Numbered from the stretch's first letter, positions 48,365 through 58,269 are shown. The stretch is DNA of 64,000 nt from Kiritimatiellia bacterium (GCA_024405265.1 JAKSOZ010000003.1:17498-81497), one strand, 5' to 3'. Notes: generated from the letters alone by a model not told the origin. Program-made: numbers and translations.

Positions 48365-50394
48365 CCTCTCATAATCGGCATCTCGGAGCCTTTGCTTAGA
48401 CGAATCATATCCGAAAGTATCTTGAACGCTTCGTCTAAAACGACGTCATCTTTCTTACGCTGATTACGATGCAGCTTGGAGCTCTTCTTGCTTTCGCTAT
48501 CGTCCTCGTCATCCTCGTCATCAAGTTCTCGCAATTCACGATCTCTTAACTGCATCCGATAACGCTCCTTCCAGCTCAACGGAGCCGACTCTCTTTCCGA
48601 GAGTTCCAACATTCCGGCGACGTTCTCCAAATGTTTCAAATATCGTTCATCTTTCTCGAGTCGCGCAGCGGAAAGCTTCTTGAGTTCCGAGATATAATTA
48701 TGCGCGTCCCACGCGAGCGAATAGTCCGCTGCGAGAATACGGGTAAACGGCAGCGCGTTCGGAAGTTTATCCTCGCCGATATCAAGCGAATCAAGAAGCG
48801 AGGGTAAGTGGATGTCCGGTTTTACGCCGGCGACCTGTGTGGACCTACCGTCGATTCGATAGAATCTCGCGGTCGTGACCTTCATGGAACCGTACTTTTC
48901 CGGCCCTAACCCCATAACCGTTTGAACCGTGCCCTTACCGTGCGACTTCGAGTCTCCGACGATTATCGCGCGCCCGGTATCTTGAAGATGCGCGGCTACG
49001 ATCTCGGAAGCCGAAGCTGAAAGTCTATCGATCATCACGACGAGCGGCTTGCGGAAAGCTACGGGATTTCCGGGCGGAATCGGAAGCGGCGCGACCGTGC
49101 GAGAATCGCGGATTTGCACTACCGGACCTTGCGCGACGAAAAGCGCCGAAAGCATCACCGCTTCGCGAAGCGATCCGCCACCGTTTCCTCTCAGATCCAA
49201 AACGATTCCTTTCACCGCTTCGGAATTGAAATCGGCGATATACTTGGCGACGTCCATGGCCGCCGAACGATAGCCCTTCTGACCGGGACGTTTATCCATC
49301 GAACCATAGAATGCCGGAAGATAAATATAGCCGAGCTTGGTCGTCGTATTTCCGATCGTCACTCTCTCGACGCGTCCGGTAGCGGCTTGATCTTCGAGAT
49401 CGATTTCATCGCGAGTGAGCTCGTATAGCTTGCGAGTCATGCCGCTCGGATCGCTGCGAGGAATGATTTCCAAAGTGACCTTGCTGCCTTTCGGTCCGCG
49501 AATCTTACGAACCGATTTCTTCATCGGCTGCCACATGATATCTTCAAGTTCTCCATTACCCTCTTTCACGGCGGAGATCTTATCGCCTTCTTTGATTCTC
49601 CCGTCCTTGGCGAGGGGACTGCCGGGCATGATTTCCTCGATCTTAAGCGCTCCGTCATCCATTTGCAACACCGCGCCGATGCCGCAAAGTTTCAGATTCA
49701 TGTCCATATCGAAGTCTTCTTTCGACGCGGGCGAGAAATAGTCAGTATGCGGATCGTAAGTATGGGTAATGGCGCTCAAATACGCCTGAAGGACTTCCTC
49801 TTCATCTCCTTCGGTCATTGCGATCGCGAATTGACGATACTTCTTCACTAAGTTCTCGGCTACATCCACTTCATTTGTGGACTTGTCGATCTCACGATTG
49901 ATTTTCGCGACCAACAGTTCGTTCTTGATGCGCTTACGCCAGAGATCCTCGGCTTCCTCCTTCGTTTCGGGCCACGGCGCTTCCTTACGCTTGAGCCCGA
50001 TCGACTCCTCCACGTTGAAATCCCATACGGCATTAACCAAGAGATTGGTCGCGAAATCGATTCGTTCCTGCAGACGCTTCACATAAAGGTCGCGAACTTC
50101 ATACCCGAAATTCACGTTCCCTGCCAACACTTCATCGTCTATCGTTTTCAAGTGTTTCGAAAGTTCGTCGAGATCGCTCTTGAGGAAGACGCTTCTATCG
50201 AAATCATAATAGGAAACGAGGTTCGTCCAGGCCTTGGCAGAGGCGATATCGTCGAGCGGGGATTGAAGGACATGCGTCAGCGGAATATTCTCCGCCACGC
50301 GCTTGGCGATCTTGCCGTAATAAGGTTTGGGTTTGACTTCCGCCGACAACAGCGACGCTATCAAGCAGAGCGTAAAAGCGAATAATGTTCTCAT
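48352..50394 (-). CDS. Carboxy-terminal processing (tail-specific) protease, S41 family
   Basis: 680 aa. Signal peptide, PDZ domain (IMPGSPLAKDGRIKEGDKI), DLRGNGGGSL, catalytic SASASEI and GKGTVQ. Confidence 0.9.
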   Translation of the reverse strand: MRTLFAFTLCLIASLLSAEVKPKPYYGKIAKRVAENIPLTHVLQSPLDDIASAKAWTNLVSYYDFDRSVFLKSDLDELSKHLKTIDDEVLAGNVNFGYEVRDLYVKRLQERIDFATNLLVNAVWDFNVEESIGLKRKEAPWPETKEEAEDLWRKRIKNELLVAKINREIDKSTNEVDVAENLVKKYRQFAIAMTEGDEEEVLQAYLSAITHTYDPHTDYFSPASKEDFDMDMNLKLCGIGAVLQMDDGALKIEEIMPGSPLAKDGRIKEGDKISAVKEGNGELEDIMWQPMKKSVRKIRGPKGSKVTLEIIPRSDPSGMTRKLYELTRDEIDLEDQAATGRVERVTIGNTTTKLGYIYLPAFYGSMDKRPGQKGYRSAAMDVAKYIADFNSEAVKGIVLDLRGNGGGSLREAVMLSALFVAQGPVVQIRDSRTVAPLPIPPGNPVAFRKPLVVMIDRLSASASEIVAAHLQDTGRAIIVGDSKSHGKGTVQTVMGLGPEKYGSMKVTTARFYRIDGRSTQVAGVKPDIHLPSLLDSLDIGEDKLPNALPFTRILAADYSLAWDAHNYISELKKLSAARLEKDERYLKHLENVAGMLELSERESAPLSWKERYRMQLRDRELRELDDEDDEDDSESKKSSKLHRNQRKKDDVVLDEAFKILSDMIRLSKGSEMPIMRGWWM

Positions 50395-50395
50395 A

Positions 50396-51073
50396 TCAAC
50401 CTCTCAATTCGATTATCCTGACGAGACGTTCTTTTTCATCTTCGGGGAGGATGATGCGCTCGGATGAAAACGCAGACTTGATTTCACAAGAATTAAGCAC
50501 TACCGCTCCTTGAATCTCGGCGATCTTCGCGTTGAACGTATCGGAAGCGAAGACGAGAACCGGCGTGACATCGCCTTTCCAACCCTCCTTCAAGAGGGCG
50601 CTTTTGACATACTCGGCTTCGCGTTTCACTTGCGCGAGCGGAGAACGATCGGGGAGCTTGCCGTTTACGAGAACGAACCCGTCTTCGATCGTTACCTTCC
50701 CGGCCCAACATTTGGTCTCGACGGCGAAGACGCCCGAAGGACCTACGACGACGTGGTCGACATGCTTCCTACCGACGACGAAGTCATTGAATATATGATA
50801 GCTGTCGGGTAGCTTCATTAAAAGTCCGGAAACTCGTTCTTCACCTCTCGCGCCGATAAAGAAGCGCTCGACCTGCTTAAAGCCCCTCGACCAACTCCAA
50901 ATCGCAAATACAAAGGAAATCGCGAGCAGCAATAGCCCCGCTTCGACATTCTTCAAAACGATCGTGGCGATCGAGAATCCGCCTGCCGCGACAGCGAGAA
51001 AGAGCGGCCACAGACCTACCACCACTCCATAAACTCTTGCCCACTCTCCGGCTACTCCATGTACCTTAGCCAT
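50396..51073 (-). CDS. Membrane-anchored NERD (nuclease-related) domain protein
   Basis: 225 aa. Two N-terminal TM helices, then FNDFVVGRKHVDHVVVGPSGVFAVETKCWAGKV, the NERD core pattern. Confidence 0.75.
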   Translation of the reverse strand: MAKVHGVAGEWARVYGVVVGLWPLFLAVAAGGFSIATIVLKNVEAGLLLLAISFVFAIWSWSRGFKQVERFFIGARGEERVSGLLMKLPDSYHIFNDFVVGRKHVDHVVVGPSGVFAVETKCWAGKVTIEDGFVLVNGKLPDRSPLAQVKREAEYVKSALLKEGWKGDVTPVLVFASDTFNAKIAEIQGAVVLNSCEIKSAFSSERIILPEDEKERLVRIIELRG

Positions 51074-52772
51074 TTCTCAGCTCCTCCGTTATTTGTTCGG
51101 CCGAAAAAGAATATTTGATTTCCAGTTCCGCCTGCGAACCGTGAGGTATGTATTCGTCGGGCCATCCGAAACGCTTATCCGCTCCGATCAACTCGCCGAA
51201 GCCTCCGATTATCGAACCGTTTTCGATCGAGACGATGGTTTTACCGGCTTTACGTTGCGCGGCCAATCGCTCGGCATCGAAAGGCTTGATCGTACGCGCG
51301 AACACCACTCCGGCCTTGATCGACGCGGCGATTTCATTAGCCTTTGGAATTTGGTCTCCCGTAGCCCAAATCTGAAGTTTCGCGTTTTCGTCCTCATGCA
51401 CTTCGATCGTTTCGAGCGGAACTTTGCCGCGCGGGTAACGGATTACGGTAGGCCCTTCATAACGAAGCGCCTCTTTTATAAGCGCTCTTAAATCTTCCTT
51501 GTCCTTCGGCTGAACTATCTTGACGTTCGGCAAACACTTCAGCATGGCAATATCATAAAGCCCCTGATGAGTTTTACCGTCATTACCGACGACTCCCGCG
51601 CGATCGACTGCGATCACGACGGGAACGCGCGCTATCGCGAGGTCATGCATAACTTGATCGACGGCGCGTTGAAGGAAGGTCGAATATATCGCGACTACCG
51701 GTTTAAGGCCGCCTTGCGCGAGCCCCGCGGCGAACGCTACCATGTGCCCTTCGGCGATGCCGACGTCAAAGAAACGCTCCGGAAACTCCTTGGCGAAATC
51801 GACGAGCCCGGTTCCGTCCTTCATGGCAGCGGTCAAGGCGACGATACGTTTATCCTGCCGCGCTTCTTCGCTTATGATTTCACCGAACGCCGCCGACCAA
51901 TCTTCCGTCTTCGCCCCCTTGACCGCCTTTTGCTCGGGATCGAACGCGCCTACTCCGTGCCACTTCGTAGGATTCATTTCGGCCGGTTTATAGCCGTAGC
52001 CTTTCTTGGTAACGACATGCACGAGGACACTGCGCTTATCCTCTTTCGCGACCGTGAACGCTTCCTTCAAAGCTTCGAGATCATGACCGTCCACCGGCCC
52101 GATATATCTTAGACCGAAACGTTCGAAGAAGGACGAGCCCAAAAACAGCGACTTCACCCTACTTTCCCAACGATGATAAATATCTCTCAGGAAAGTAAGC
52201 TTGAGCTTGTGCCCGGCGTTTTCCGCGGCGGTTTTGATGCGATTGTACTTAACGCCCGTGATTAAGCGCCCGAGGAACTTGGAGATCGCTCCGGTAGGCT
52301 TGGAGATCGACATCTCGTTATCATTCAGCACGAGAATCACCTTGCGCTTTTCACTGTCACAGAAATTGAGCGCTTCGAAGCTCGTCCCGTTCACGATCGA
52401 ACTATCGCCGATAACCGCGACGACGTGCTCTTTCGTTCCCTTCAGGTCACGGGCAGCCGCGTAACCCTCGGCAATCGAAAGCGCCACGCCGGCGTGTCCG
52501 GCGATCGCGGCGTCCGCCTTCGATTCGAGCGGATTCGAAAACGGAGAAACTCCGCCTAGGGAACGAATCGTATCGAACTTCTCGGCACGATCGGTCAATA
52601 TCTTCCACGCATAAGCTTGATGACCGACGTCCCAAATTATTCTGTCGACATAAGGATCGAAGACTTCGCTTAAAGCCTTGGCGATCTCGACGGCTCCGAG
52701 CGATGAAGCGAGATGACCGCCGTTTTTAGCTACGGCTCCAATGATGATCTTTCTGATTTCTTCTGCGGTCAT
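51066..52772 (-). CDS. dxs: 1-deoxy-D-xylulose-5-phosphate synthase (short N-terminus)
   Basis: Start set at ATG 52772 (ATGA overlap with the upstream stop). GGHLASSLGAVE, GDSSIVNG and NDNEMSI are DXS motifs. About 25 aa shorter at the N-terminus than typical DXS. Confidence 0.9.
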   Translation of the reverse strand: MTAEEIRKIIIGAVAKNGGHLASSLGAVEIAKALSEVFDPYVDRIIWDVGHQAYAWKILTDRAEKFDTIRSLGGVSPFSNPLESKADAAIAGHAGVALSIAEGYAAARDLKGTKEHVVAVIGDSSIVNGTSFEALNFCDSEKRKVILVLNDNEMSISKPTGAISKFLGRLITGVKYNRIKTAAENAGHKLKLTFLRDIYHRWESRVKSLFLGSSFFERFGLRYIGPVDGHDLEALKEAFTVAKEDKRSVLVHVVTKKGYGYKPAEMNPTKWHGVGAFDPEQKAVKGAKTEDWSAAFGEIISEEARQDKRIVALTAAMKDGTGLVDFAKEFPERFFDVGIAEGHMVAFAAGLAQGGLKPVVAIYSTFLQRAVDQVMHDLAIARVPVVIAVDRAGVVGNDGKTHQGLYDIAMLKCLPNVKIVQPKDKEDLRALIKEALRYEGPTVIRYPRGKVPLETIEVHEDENAKLQIWATGDQIPKANEIAASIKAGVVFARTIKPFDAERLAAQRKAGKTIVSIENGSIIGGFGELIGADKRFGWPDEYIPHGSQAELEIKYSFSAEQITEELRNG

Positions 52773-54148
52773 TCTTTTTTCTTCAAAATGAGTAGCGTGG
52801 TGGAGTTCTGCCCGAAGCGTTCCTTCGTCGAGGCGAGAACATAACGATCTTTGACCAACTCCCAAGTTGCGAGTTGCTCTTCGAGCGAACGTTCATTCCC
52901 CTTCGGAACTTCGATCGCGAAAGCGTAACCGCTGAAAGCGGCCACTTTCGCCGTCTCTCCCTCCAGAAGTTCTTTCCAATACAGCAAATCGACATCGGAG
53001 AACGGTCCCATCGCGAGTCTTCTCGGTACATGGCGATTGGTCTCGACGGCGAGATAAGTATCCTCCGTCAAGAGTTCCGTTCCTTCCGGATCCAGAGCTT
53101 CGATTTCACGTGCCGCTTCTCGCAACATCGCGAGCTCACTCTTCGGCTTCATGATCGTCCAGAAGCGATCCTGCCCGTCGCTTGTCCACTTCTCCAAGAG
53201 CGGAGAGCCGAACGAAATCGCGAGCGCTAGGCCTAGCGTCATAAGCTCGGCGCGATCCGTTTTGATATTGATCGCGGCGAAAACGGCGAGTAGCGACATT
53301 ATCGGAACTTGATAATCTTCATACGGATGAGGAGCGAAAAGATGAATGAGGAAGACGACGGCGAACGCGAGCGCCAGGAAACGCGAGCGCTTGAAGTCTC
53401 CGAGCCCGAGAACTATGAAAATCGGAAGATAAAATCTCACGAGGCGACTCAAAGAGCCGACGATCATCACGGGGCTGAAACCCTCGCGCGCGGCATGATA
53501 ACCGATCGCCTTAAGTAGCCCCGGCTCAGCGGTGAAGTCGGTCATGAACCAGCCGAAAACCGCGCCCAGAGTAATGATCGCGCCGATAATGAACGCGTTG
53601 AATGACTCGATTCGGCGATGAATGAACAGGTAGATGGCGATTACGACGAGCAGCGCCGCGAGCGAAAATCTCGTCGCTCCCGCGAGTGCGAGCATAACGC
53701 CGGAAAGGAAATGGAATTTCTCGAACGTAAGAAGATAAAATCCCACGGCGATGAAAAGCGACGCGAGCGCGTAGGTCTTCGGGATCGTAAGATAATACAC
53801 GTGATAGAGATTTACCGCGAGCAACAAGAACGTAATCGAGAACGCGGATTTCTTTTGCCCTTCGTCCGCCAAACGACGCGCCGTCAAGGCCGAAAACATG
53901 ATACCGAGAGCTCCTAACGAGAGCGTGACGACGCGAGCTCCGAGAAGCCCGAAGTTCTTCCAAGCCGATGAAAACGCCGCGTAGACGTAAGGCATAATCG
54001 GACCCTGCGTGAAATCGAAATCCACGAACGGGACGAGCCCCTCGGATACGAGATTCGCCGCGTAAAGATACCACCCCTCGTCCTGGTTAAGTCCTCCGAA
54101 CCAGATAGCGGCCGCGCCGAGTATAAGGAAGGCAACGATTCCGATCAC
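52769..54148 (-). CDS. GT-C type membrane glycosyltransferase (ArnT/PMT_2-like, tentative)
   Basis: 459 aa, about 10 TM helices. N-terminal loop motif NQDEGWYLYAA is typical of ArnT/PMT-like enzymes. Soluble C-terminal domain. Confidence 0.55.
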   Translation of the reverse strand: MIGIVAFLILGAAAIWFGGLNQDEGWYLYAANLVSEGLVPFVDFDFTQGPIMPYVYAAFSSAWKNFGLLGARVVTLSLGALGIMFSALTARRLADEGQKKSAFSITFLLLAVNLYHVYYLTIPKTYALASLFIAVGFYLLTFEKFHFLSGVMLALAGATRFSLAALLVVIAIYLFIHRRIESFNAFIIGAIITLGAVFGWFMTDFTAEPGLLKAIGYHAAREGFSPVMIVGSLSRLVRFYLPIFIVLGLGDFKRSRFLALAFAVVFLIHLFAPHPYEDYQVPIMSLLAVFAAINIKTDRAELMTLGLALAISFGSPLLEKWTSDGQDRFWTIMKPKSELAMLREAAREIEALDPEGTELLTEDTYLAVETNRHVPRRLAMGPFSDVDLLYWKELLEGETAKVAAFSGYAFAIEVPKGNERSLEEQLATWELVKDRYVLASTKERFGQNSTTLLILKKKE

Positions 54149-55203
54149 TCGCCGACCTCCAAGCTGGGGTTCACGTCGATAGAGAACGCGCCTTCGACTT
54201 TATTTCGACGATAGTATCCTAAAGCCGCGATCATCGCGCCGTTGTCTCCGCAATACTTCGGCTTCGCCATCAAGATCGGAATTTTCGCTTTCGCGGCGAC
54301 CTCGGAAAGGACTTCGCGAAGACGCGAATTGAGCGAAACGCCCCCTCCGATCAAAAACGCTTTATAATCGCGAAGCTTCAGCGCGTTACGCGTACGGTCC
54401 GCAACCGCCTGAACGATCGCCTCTTGGTAAGAAGCGACGATTCGAGGAATTTCTCCCTCGTCAGTAAGCTTTTCCACGCCTCCGTTTTGTTGGACATAGC
54501 GCAAGAGCGCGGTCTTAAGGCCGGAGAAGCTGACGCAAAGCTCGGCTCTAAGCCCCGAAAGCGCGCTCACGCCTTCACGCGGGCGTCCCTTCGGGAACGG
54601 AATCATCTCCTTATCGCTATGATTTTCACGCCACTCTTTCGCGATTTTATCGACTTTCGGTCCGCCGGGATAGCCGAGTCCTAAGAGCTTAGCGGCTTTA
54701 TCGAAAGCTTCTCCCGCCGCGTCGTCCAAGGTCTGCCCGATAATTTCATATTTTCCGTAGCTCGGAATATCGATCCAGTTCGTATGCCCGCCGGAGATCG
54801 CGAGGCCTAAAATCGGGGTCATCGTCTCAGGCTCGATTTCCGCATCGAGAAACGGAGTATGCAAATGCGCTTCGATATGATTGATCGGAATTAGCGGAAC
54901 GCTCAAAGCTTTGGCGAGACCTTTCGCCGCGTTCAATCCGACGATCAAGGCAGGAGAGAGTCCCGGCCCGTAAGTTACCGCTACCGCGTCGATCTTCTTC
55001 TCACTCGACGATTCGATCGCCGCGCTTACGACTTCTCGAATCTTCTCGACATGCGCGCGAGAAGCCAGCTCCGGCACGACTCCTCCATAAGGAATATGAA
55101 GCGGGATTTGCGTGTAGACGATATTCGAGAGTACCAGATGACCGTCTTTAACGATCGCGGCCGCTGTCTCGTCACAGCTCGTCTCTATACCTAAGATATT
55201 CAT
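54145..55203 (-). CDS. tsaD: tRNA N6-adenosine threonylcarbamoyltransferase
   Basis: 352 aa. ILGIETSCDETAAA, HIEAH metal site and GGVSLN. Confidence 0.95.
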   Translation of the reverse strand: MNILGIETSCDETAAAIVKDGHLVLSNIVYTQIPLHIPYGGVVPELASRAHVEKIREVVSAAIESSSEKKIDAVAVTYGPGLSPALIVGLNAAKGLAKALSVPLIPINHIEAHLHTPFLDAEIEPETMTPILGLAISGGHTNWIDIPSYGKYEIIGQTLDDAAGEAFDKAAKLLGLGYPGGPKVDKIAKEWRENHSDKEMIPFPKGRPREGVSALSGLRAELCVSFSGLKTALLRYVQQNGGVEKLTDEGEIPRIVASYQEAIVQAVADRTRNALKLRDYKAFLIGGGVSLNSRLREVLSEVAAKAKIPILMAKPKYCGDNGAMIAALGYYRRNKVEGAFSIDVNPSLEVGE

Positions 55204-56027
55204 TACCAGAATTTATACCAAGGATTCTTCTTGGGGGCGACCGACTTTTCCTTGTAGAGCTCCCTGACTCTTTGAGTGCCGGCCGTCTCCGGATCTTGAA
55301 CGGCAGTACGCGTTCTGAACATAAGCTGATCGGGGATCGACCAGAATTCGCTACGAACGAACTGATCGGCGTTAAGACGATGAAGAATAATGACTTCGCC
55401 CGTTTTCAAGACGGAGATCGTCGGCTTGTCGATTCTTAAAATCGGTCCTAAATCGCGAGTCGCCCAGGCGCGGTCACTATCGCCCGAATCCTGCGCCCCA
55501 AGGAAGAGATGTTCCTGTCCGCAGCGCATCCAGTGATAAAGCGTAAGATCACGTCTCAAATTCGGGCGATTGGCAAAAAGTTGAGTAGCTTGGGCGACCT
55601 TGATTCCCTTAACGAGATCGAACGCGCGGAACATACCCTCGTAGCGAATGCCGCGGTGAACGAGAACCGGGCGAGCGAGATACTTGCTTTCATGTTTAAG
55701 CGCGTAGTGATCGGCGAGGAACGTCTCGAGCTTCTGTCCTTCTCCGCTTTCAAGCGAGAAGTCGGCGACGAAGACACGCTTCGAAATCGAATCCATCAAA
55801 TACATATCGCTCGCGCGGTACACTTCGATAAAGAAGCGATCGGTTTTGCTCGTCTTGCTGACGTCGATTTTATCGGAGGAGTAATTGGCGATATCGACGA
55901 CGCCGCGAATTCTTTCGCCGATAAGGAAATCGGTCGAATCGAGTCTTAAATCGACTTTGATTTCGCTCTCTTGTGCCATGACTGAGAGCGCGGCGAAAAG
56001 TGCGGCGAAAAGAATCTTGATTTTCAT
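55203..56027 (-). CDS. Hypothetical secreted protein
   Basis: Start set at MKIKILFAALFAALSVMAQE (signal peptide, ATGA overlap with the upstream stop). No family recognised. Confidence 0.6.
   Translation of the reverse strand: MKIKILFAALFAALSVMAQESEIKVDLRLDSTDFLIGERIRGVVDIANYSSDKIDVSKTSKTDRFFIEVYRASDMYLMDSISKRVFVADFSLESGEGQKLETFLADHYALKHESKYLARPVLVHRGIRYEGMFRAFDLVKGIKVAQATQLFANRPNLRRDLTLYHWMRCGQEHLFLGAQDSGDSDRAWATRDLGPILRIDKPTISVLKTGEVIILHRLNADQFVRSEFWSIPDQLMFRTRTAVQDPETAGTQRVRELYKEKSVAPKKNPWYKFW
55212..55220 (-). promoter_or_regulatory. Putative extended -10 promoter (TGGTATAAA), near-leaderless tsaD
   Basis: Minus strand reads TGGTATAAA-TTCTGGTA-ATG (ATG 55203). It lies inside the last codons of the upstream gene. 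Confidence 0.4.
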
Positions 56028-56785
56028 AATTCGATCTCCAATCCGTCGTATGCGGGCTCGACGCCCTCGGGTAATACCTTGAGCCACTCGGCGTGAGAGA
56101 CGTCGTGGCACATGTGAATCAAATACGCTTTCTTCGGCGCGATCTTTTCCAAATACTCAAGCGCCGCGTCCTTGTTGAGGTGAGTCGGATGAGGGCGAAA
56201 TCTGAGGCAATTGAGAATCATCACCTCGACGCCCTTGAAAGCTTCGATCGCCTCGTCCGACAATTCATGGCAATCCGAAACATAGCCGAGTTTCTCGTCG
56301 ATCACGTACCCGCTGCAAGGGAAATTATGCTCGACTTTCACGCGCTTGAGCGTCATATCGCCGATCTTGAACTCATCATCGGCGACGAAATTGATCATAG
56401 GCCTGAAGAGCCCCATCGTGTTTTGCTTATCGGAAATATACGGAAAGATACGATGCATCTGTTCGACCGTCTCTTCCGCAGCGAAACACCTCATCGCCGC
56501 GCCCCCGTTCAATGTATTGAACCGCCTCACGTCATCGAAGCCCGCGACGTGATCCATGTGGGCATGAGTAAGGACTACCGCGTCCACTTTATCGATACCG
56601 TATTCGAGCGCGGCGACGCGCATTTCGGGGGGAGTATCGAGCAAAAACGCAGCCGCGTCAGAACGCACGTAAGCGCCGCATCTGCGGCGCTTATCGCGCG
56701 GGTCGGTCGAGGTGCAAACGGGGCAGTCGCAACCGATTTGCGGGACCCCGACCGATGTTCCCGTTCCTAGGAACTTAAAGGTCAC
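56024..56785 (-). CDS. MBL-fold metallo-hydrolase (PhnP-like)
   Basis: 253 aa, GTG start. FLGTGTSVGVPQIGCDCPVC and LTHAHMDH (HxHxDH). Confidence 0.82.
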   Translation of the reverse strand: MTFKFLGTGTSVGVPQIGCDCPVCTSTDPRDKRRRCGAYVRSDAAAFLLDTPPEMRVAALEYGIDKVDAVVLTHAHMDHVAGFDDVRRFNTLNGGAAMRCFAAEETVEQMHRIFPYISDKQNTMGLFRPMINFVADDEFKIGDMTLKRVKVEHNFPCSGYVIDEKLGYVSDCHELSDEAIEAFKGVEVMILNCLRFRPHPTHLNKDAALEYLEKIAPKKAYLIHMCHDVSHAEWLKVLPEGVEPAYDGLEIEL

Positions 56786-56786
56786 T

Positions 56787-58190
56787 TTACTTTACCAACT
56801 CCTTGGCAGGTTCTTCCTTTTCTTCTTCCTTCGCCGCTTCCTTCGCTTTTTCCTTCGCATTCGAAGAGAAGAAAGCTTCGATTTCCTCGAGCGTCTTACC
56901 CTTCGTCTCCGGCATGAAGAAGGTCGCCGTGACGAAGTAGATCACCGTGAAGAACGCGAGCGTGAAGAAGACCCAAGCGTAACCGACGGCATTGACCCAA
57001 GGGTAGAAGACCGACGCGATGGTCGTGGAAACACCCTGGTTGATGAGAAGCGCGATCGCCATACCGTTCGCACGAATACGCGCGGGCATAAGTTCCGACA
57101 AGGCGAGCCAGACGCAAACGCCGGGGCCCGAAGCGAAGAAGCCGATGAAGACCATGAACGAAATCGCGGTCGCCCAGCCGGTTACCTGACTCGCGGCGCA
57201 AATACCGTGCTCAATTGCGAAGAACGAGCCGCCGACGCCCAAAAGACCGACGATAATGCCGAGAGTACCCATCTTAAGGAGGAACTTACGGCCCTTCATA
57301 TCGACGAGCGAAACGGCGACGATAGTCATAACGAGGTTGACGATCTTGATCGCGGTATCGGCATAGTTCGCGACGATGCCGGGAAGACCCGACTTATTGA
57401 AGATATCGACCGAGTAGTTGAGAACCGAGTTGATACCGGTAGCCTGCGTGCAAGCGAGAACGACAACCGCGAGGCAGAACGGCCAAATGTACTTCTTCTG
57501 GAAGAGGCTGTCCTTGGGTCCTTCAACTTTCGTTTCTTCACCCTCACCTTCAATCTTCACCCCGGCCTTCTTGGCGAGCCAAGTCGGAGATTCCTTGAGG
57601 CCGAAGATACCGGCGAGGAAGATGACGCCAGGAATCGCGGAGAGCCAGAAGACGGTCTTCCACGCGGTAACCTTGGTCGCGGCGGAAACGGTTTCAGCAT
57701 CCGCGGCGCCGAAGAACTTGGTGACGCCGACGCCCACGAGAGCCATGAAAACGAGACCGATCGTCAAAAAGAGTTGAAAGAGACCCGTGCCCTTGCCGCG
57801 CTGATCAGCGGGGAGACATTCCGCGAGGTACATCGGGATAACGACGCCGAGAAGACCCGCCGAAGCGCCCTGAACGAAGCGGCCGGCGACCATCACGCCG
57901 TAGTTACCGTCCGAGAAAACGATCATCGGAATCGAAGAAAGAAACACGATCGAGCCGATAAGAATCGTTTTCTTGCGACCTAACCAATCGGCAAAAACAC
58001 CGGCAGGAAGCGAACCGATAACCGAGCCGAAGAGAACCGCGCCGACGACCGTAGAAAGCGCCGCTTCGGAGAAGTAGTTAAGAGCTTTGATGTACGGAAG
58101 CGCGGAAGCGATCGCTCCGACGTCGATACCGTAAAGAAGACCACCGAGGCCAGCCATGCTCATCAAATAAATGATGTAACGCTTGTTCAT
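56787..58190 (-). CDS. MFS sugar porter family transporter
   Basis: 467 aa, 12 TM helices. DWLGRKK, PMYLAECLPADQRGKG and PETKGKTLEEIE are sugar-porter signatures. K/E-rich C-terminal tail. Confidence 0.9.
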   Translation of the reverse strand: MNKRYIIYLMSMAGLGGLLYGIDVGAIASALPYIKALNYFSEAALSTVVGAVLFGSVIGSLPAGVFADWLGRKKTILIGSIVFLSSIPMIVFSDGNYGVMVAGRFVQGASAGLLGVVIPMYLAECLPADQRGKGTGLFQLFLTIGLVFMALVGVGVTKFFGAADAETVSAATKVTAWKTVFWLSAIPGVIFLAGIFGLKESPTWLAKKAGVKIEGEGEETKVEGPKDSLFQKKYIWPFCLAVVVLACTQATGINSVLNYSVDIFNKSGLPGIVANYADTAIKIVNLVMTIVAVSLVDMKGRKFLLKMGTLGIIVGLLGVGGSFFAIEHGICAASQVTGWATAISFMVFIGFFASGPGVCVWLALSELMPARIRANGMAIALLINQGVSTTIASVFYPWVNAVGYAWVFFTLAFFTVIYFVTATFFMPETKGKTLEEIEAFFSSNAKEKAKEAAKEEEKEEPAKELVK

Positions 58191-58231
58191 TTTATGTTCG
58201 TTCCTTATTTTGGGATGAATATTTATTTTAT

Positions 58232-58240
58232 ATTATATCA
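58232..58240 (-). promoter_or_regulatory. Putative extended -10 promoter (TGATATAAT) for the MFS transporter
   Basis: Minus-strand TTTGATATAAT in an AT-rich gap. Predicted leader about 35 nt with AAGGAA SD. Confidence 0.5.
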
Positions 58241-58269
58241 AATTTTCGCGTTCTCGCCTATCCCCTTCG

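Noticed and set aside
56712-57983. 423-aa plus-strand ORF, highly charged (R/E/D-rich)
   Set aside because: It is antisense to the 12-TM sugar porter. The composition is the mirror image of hydrophobic codons.
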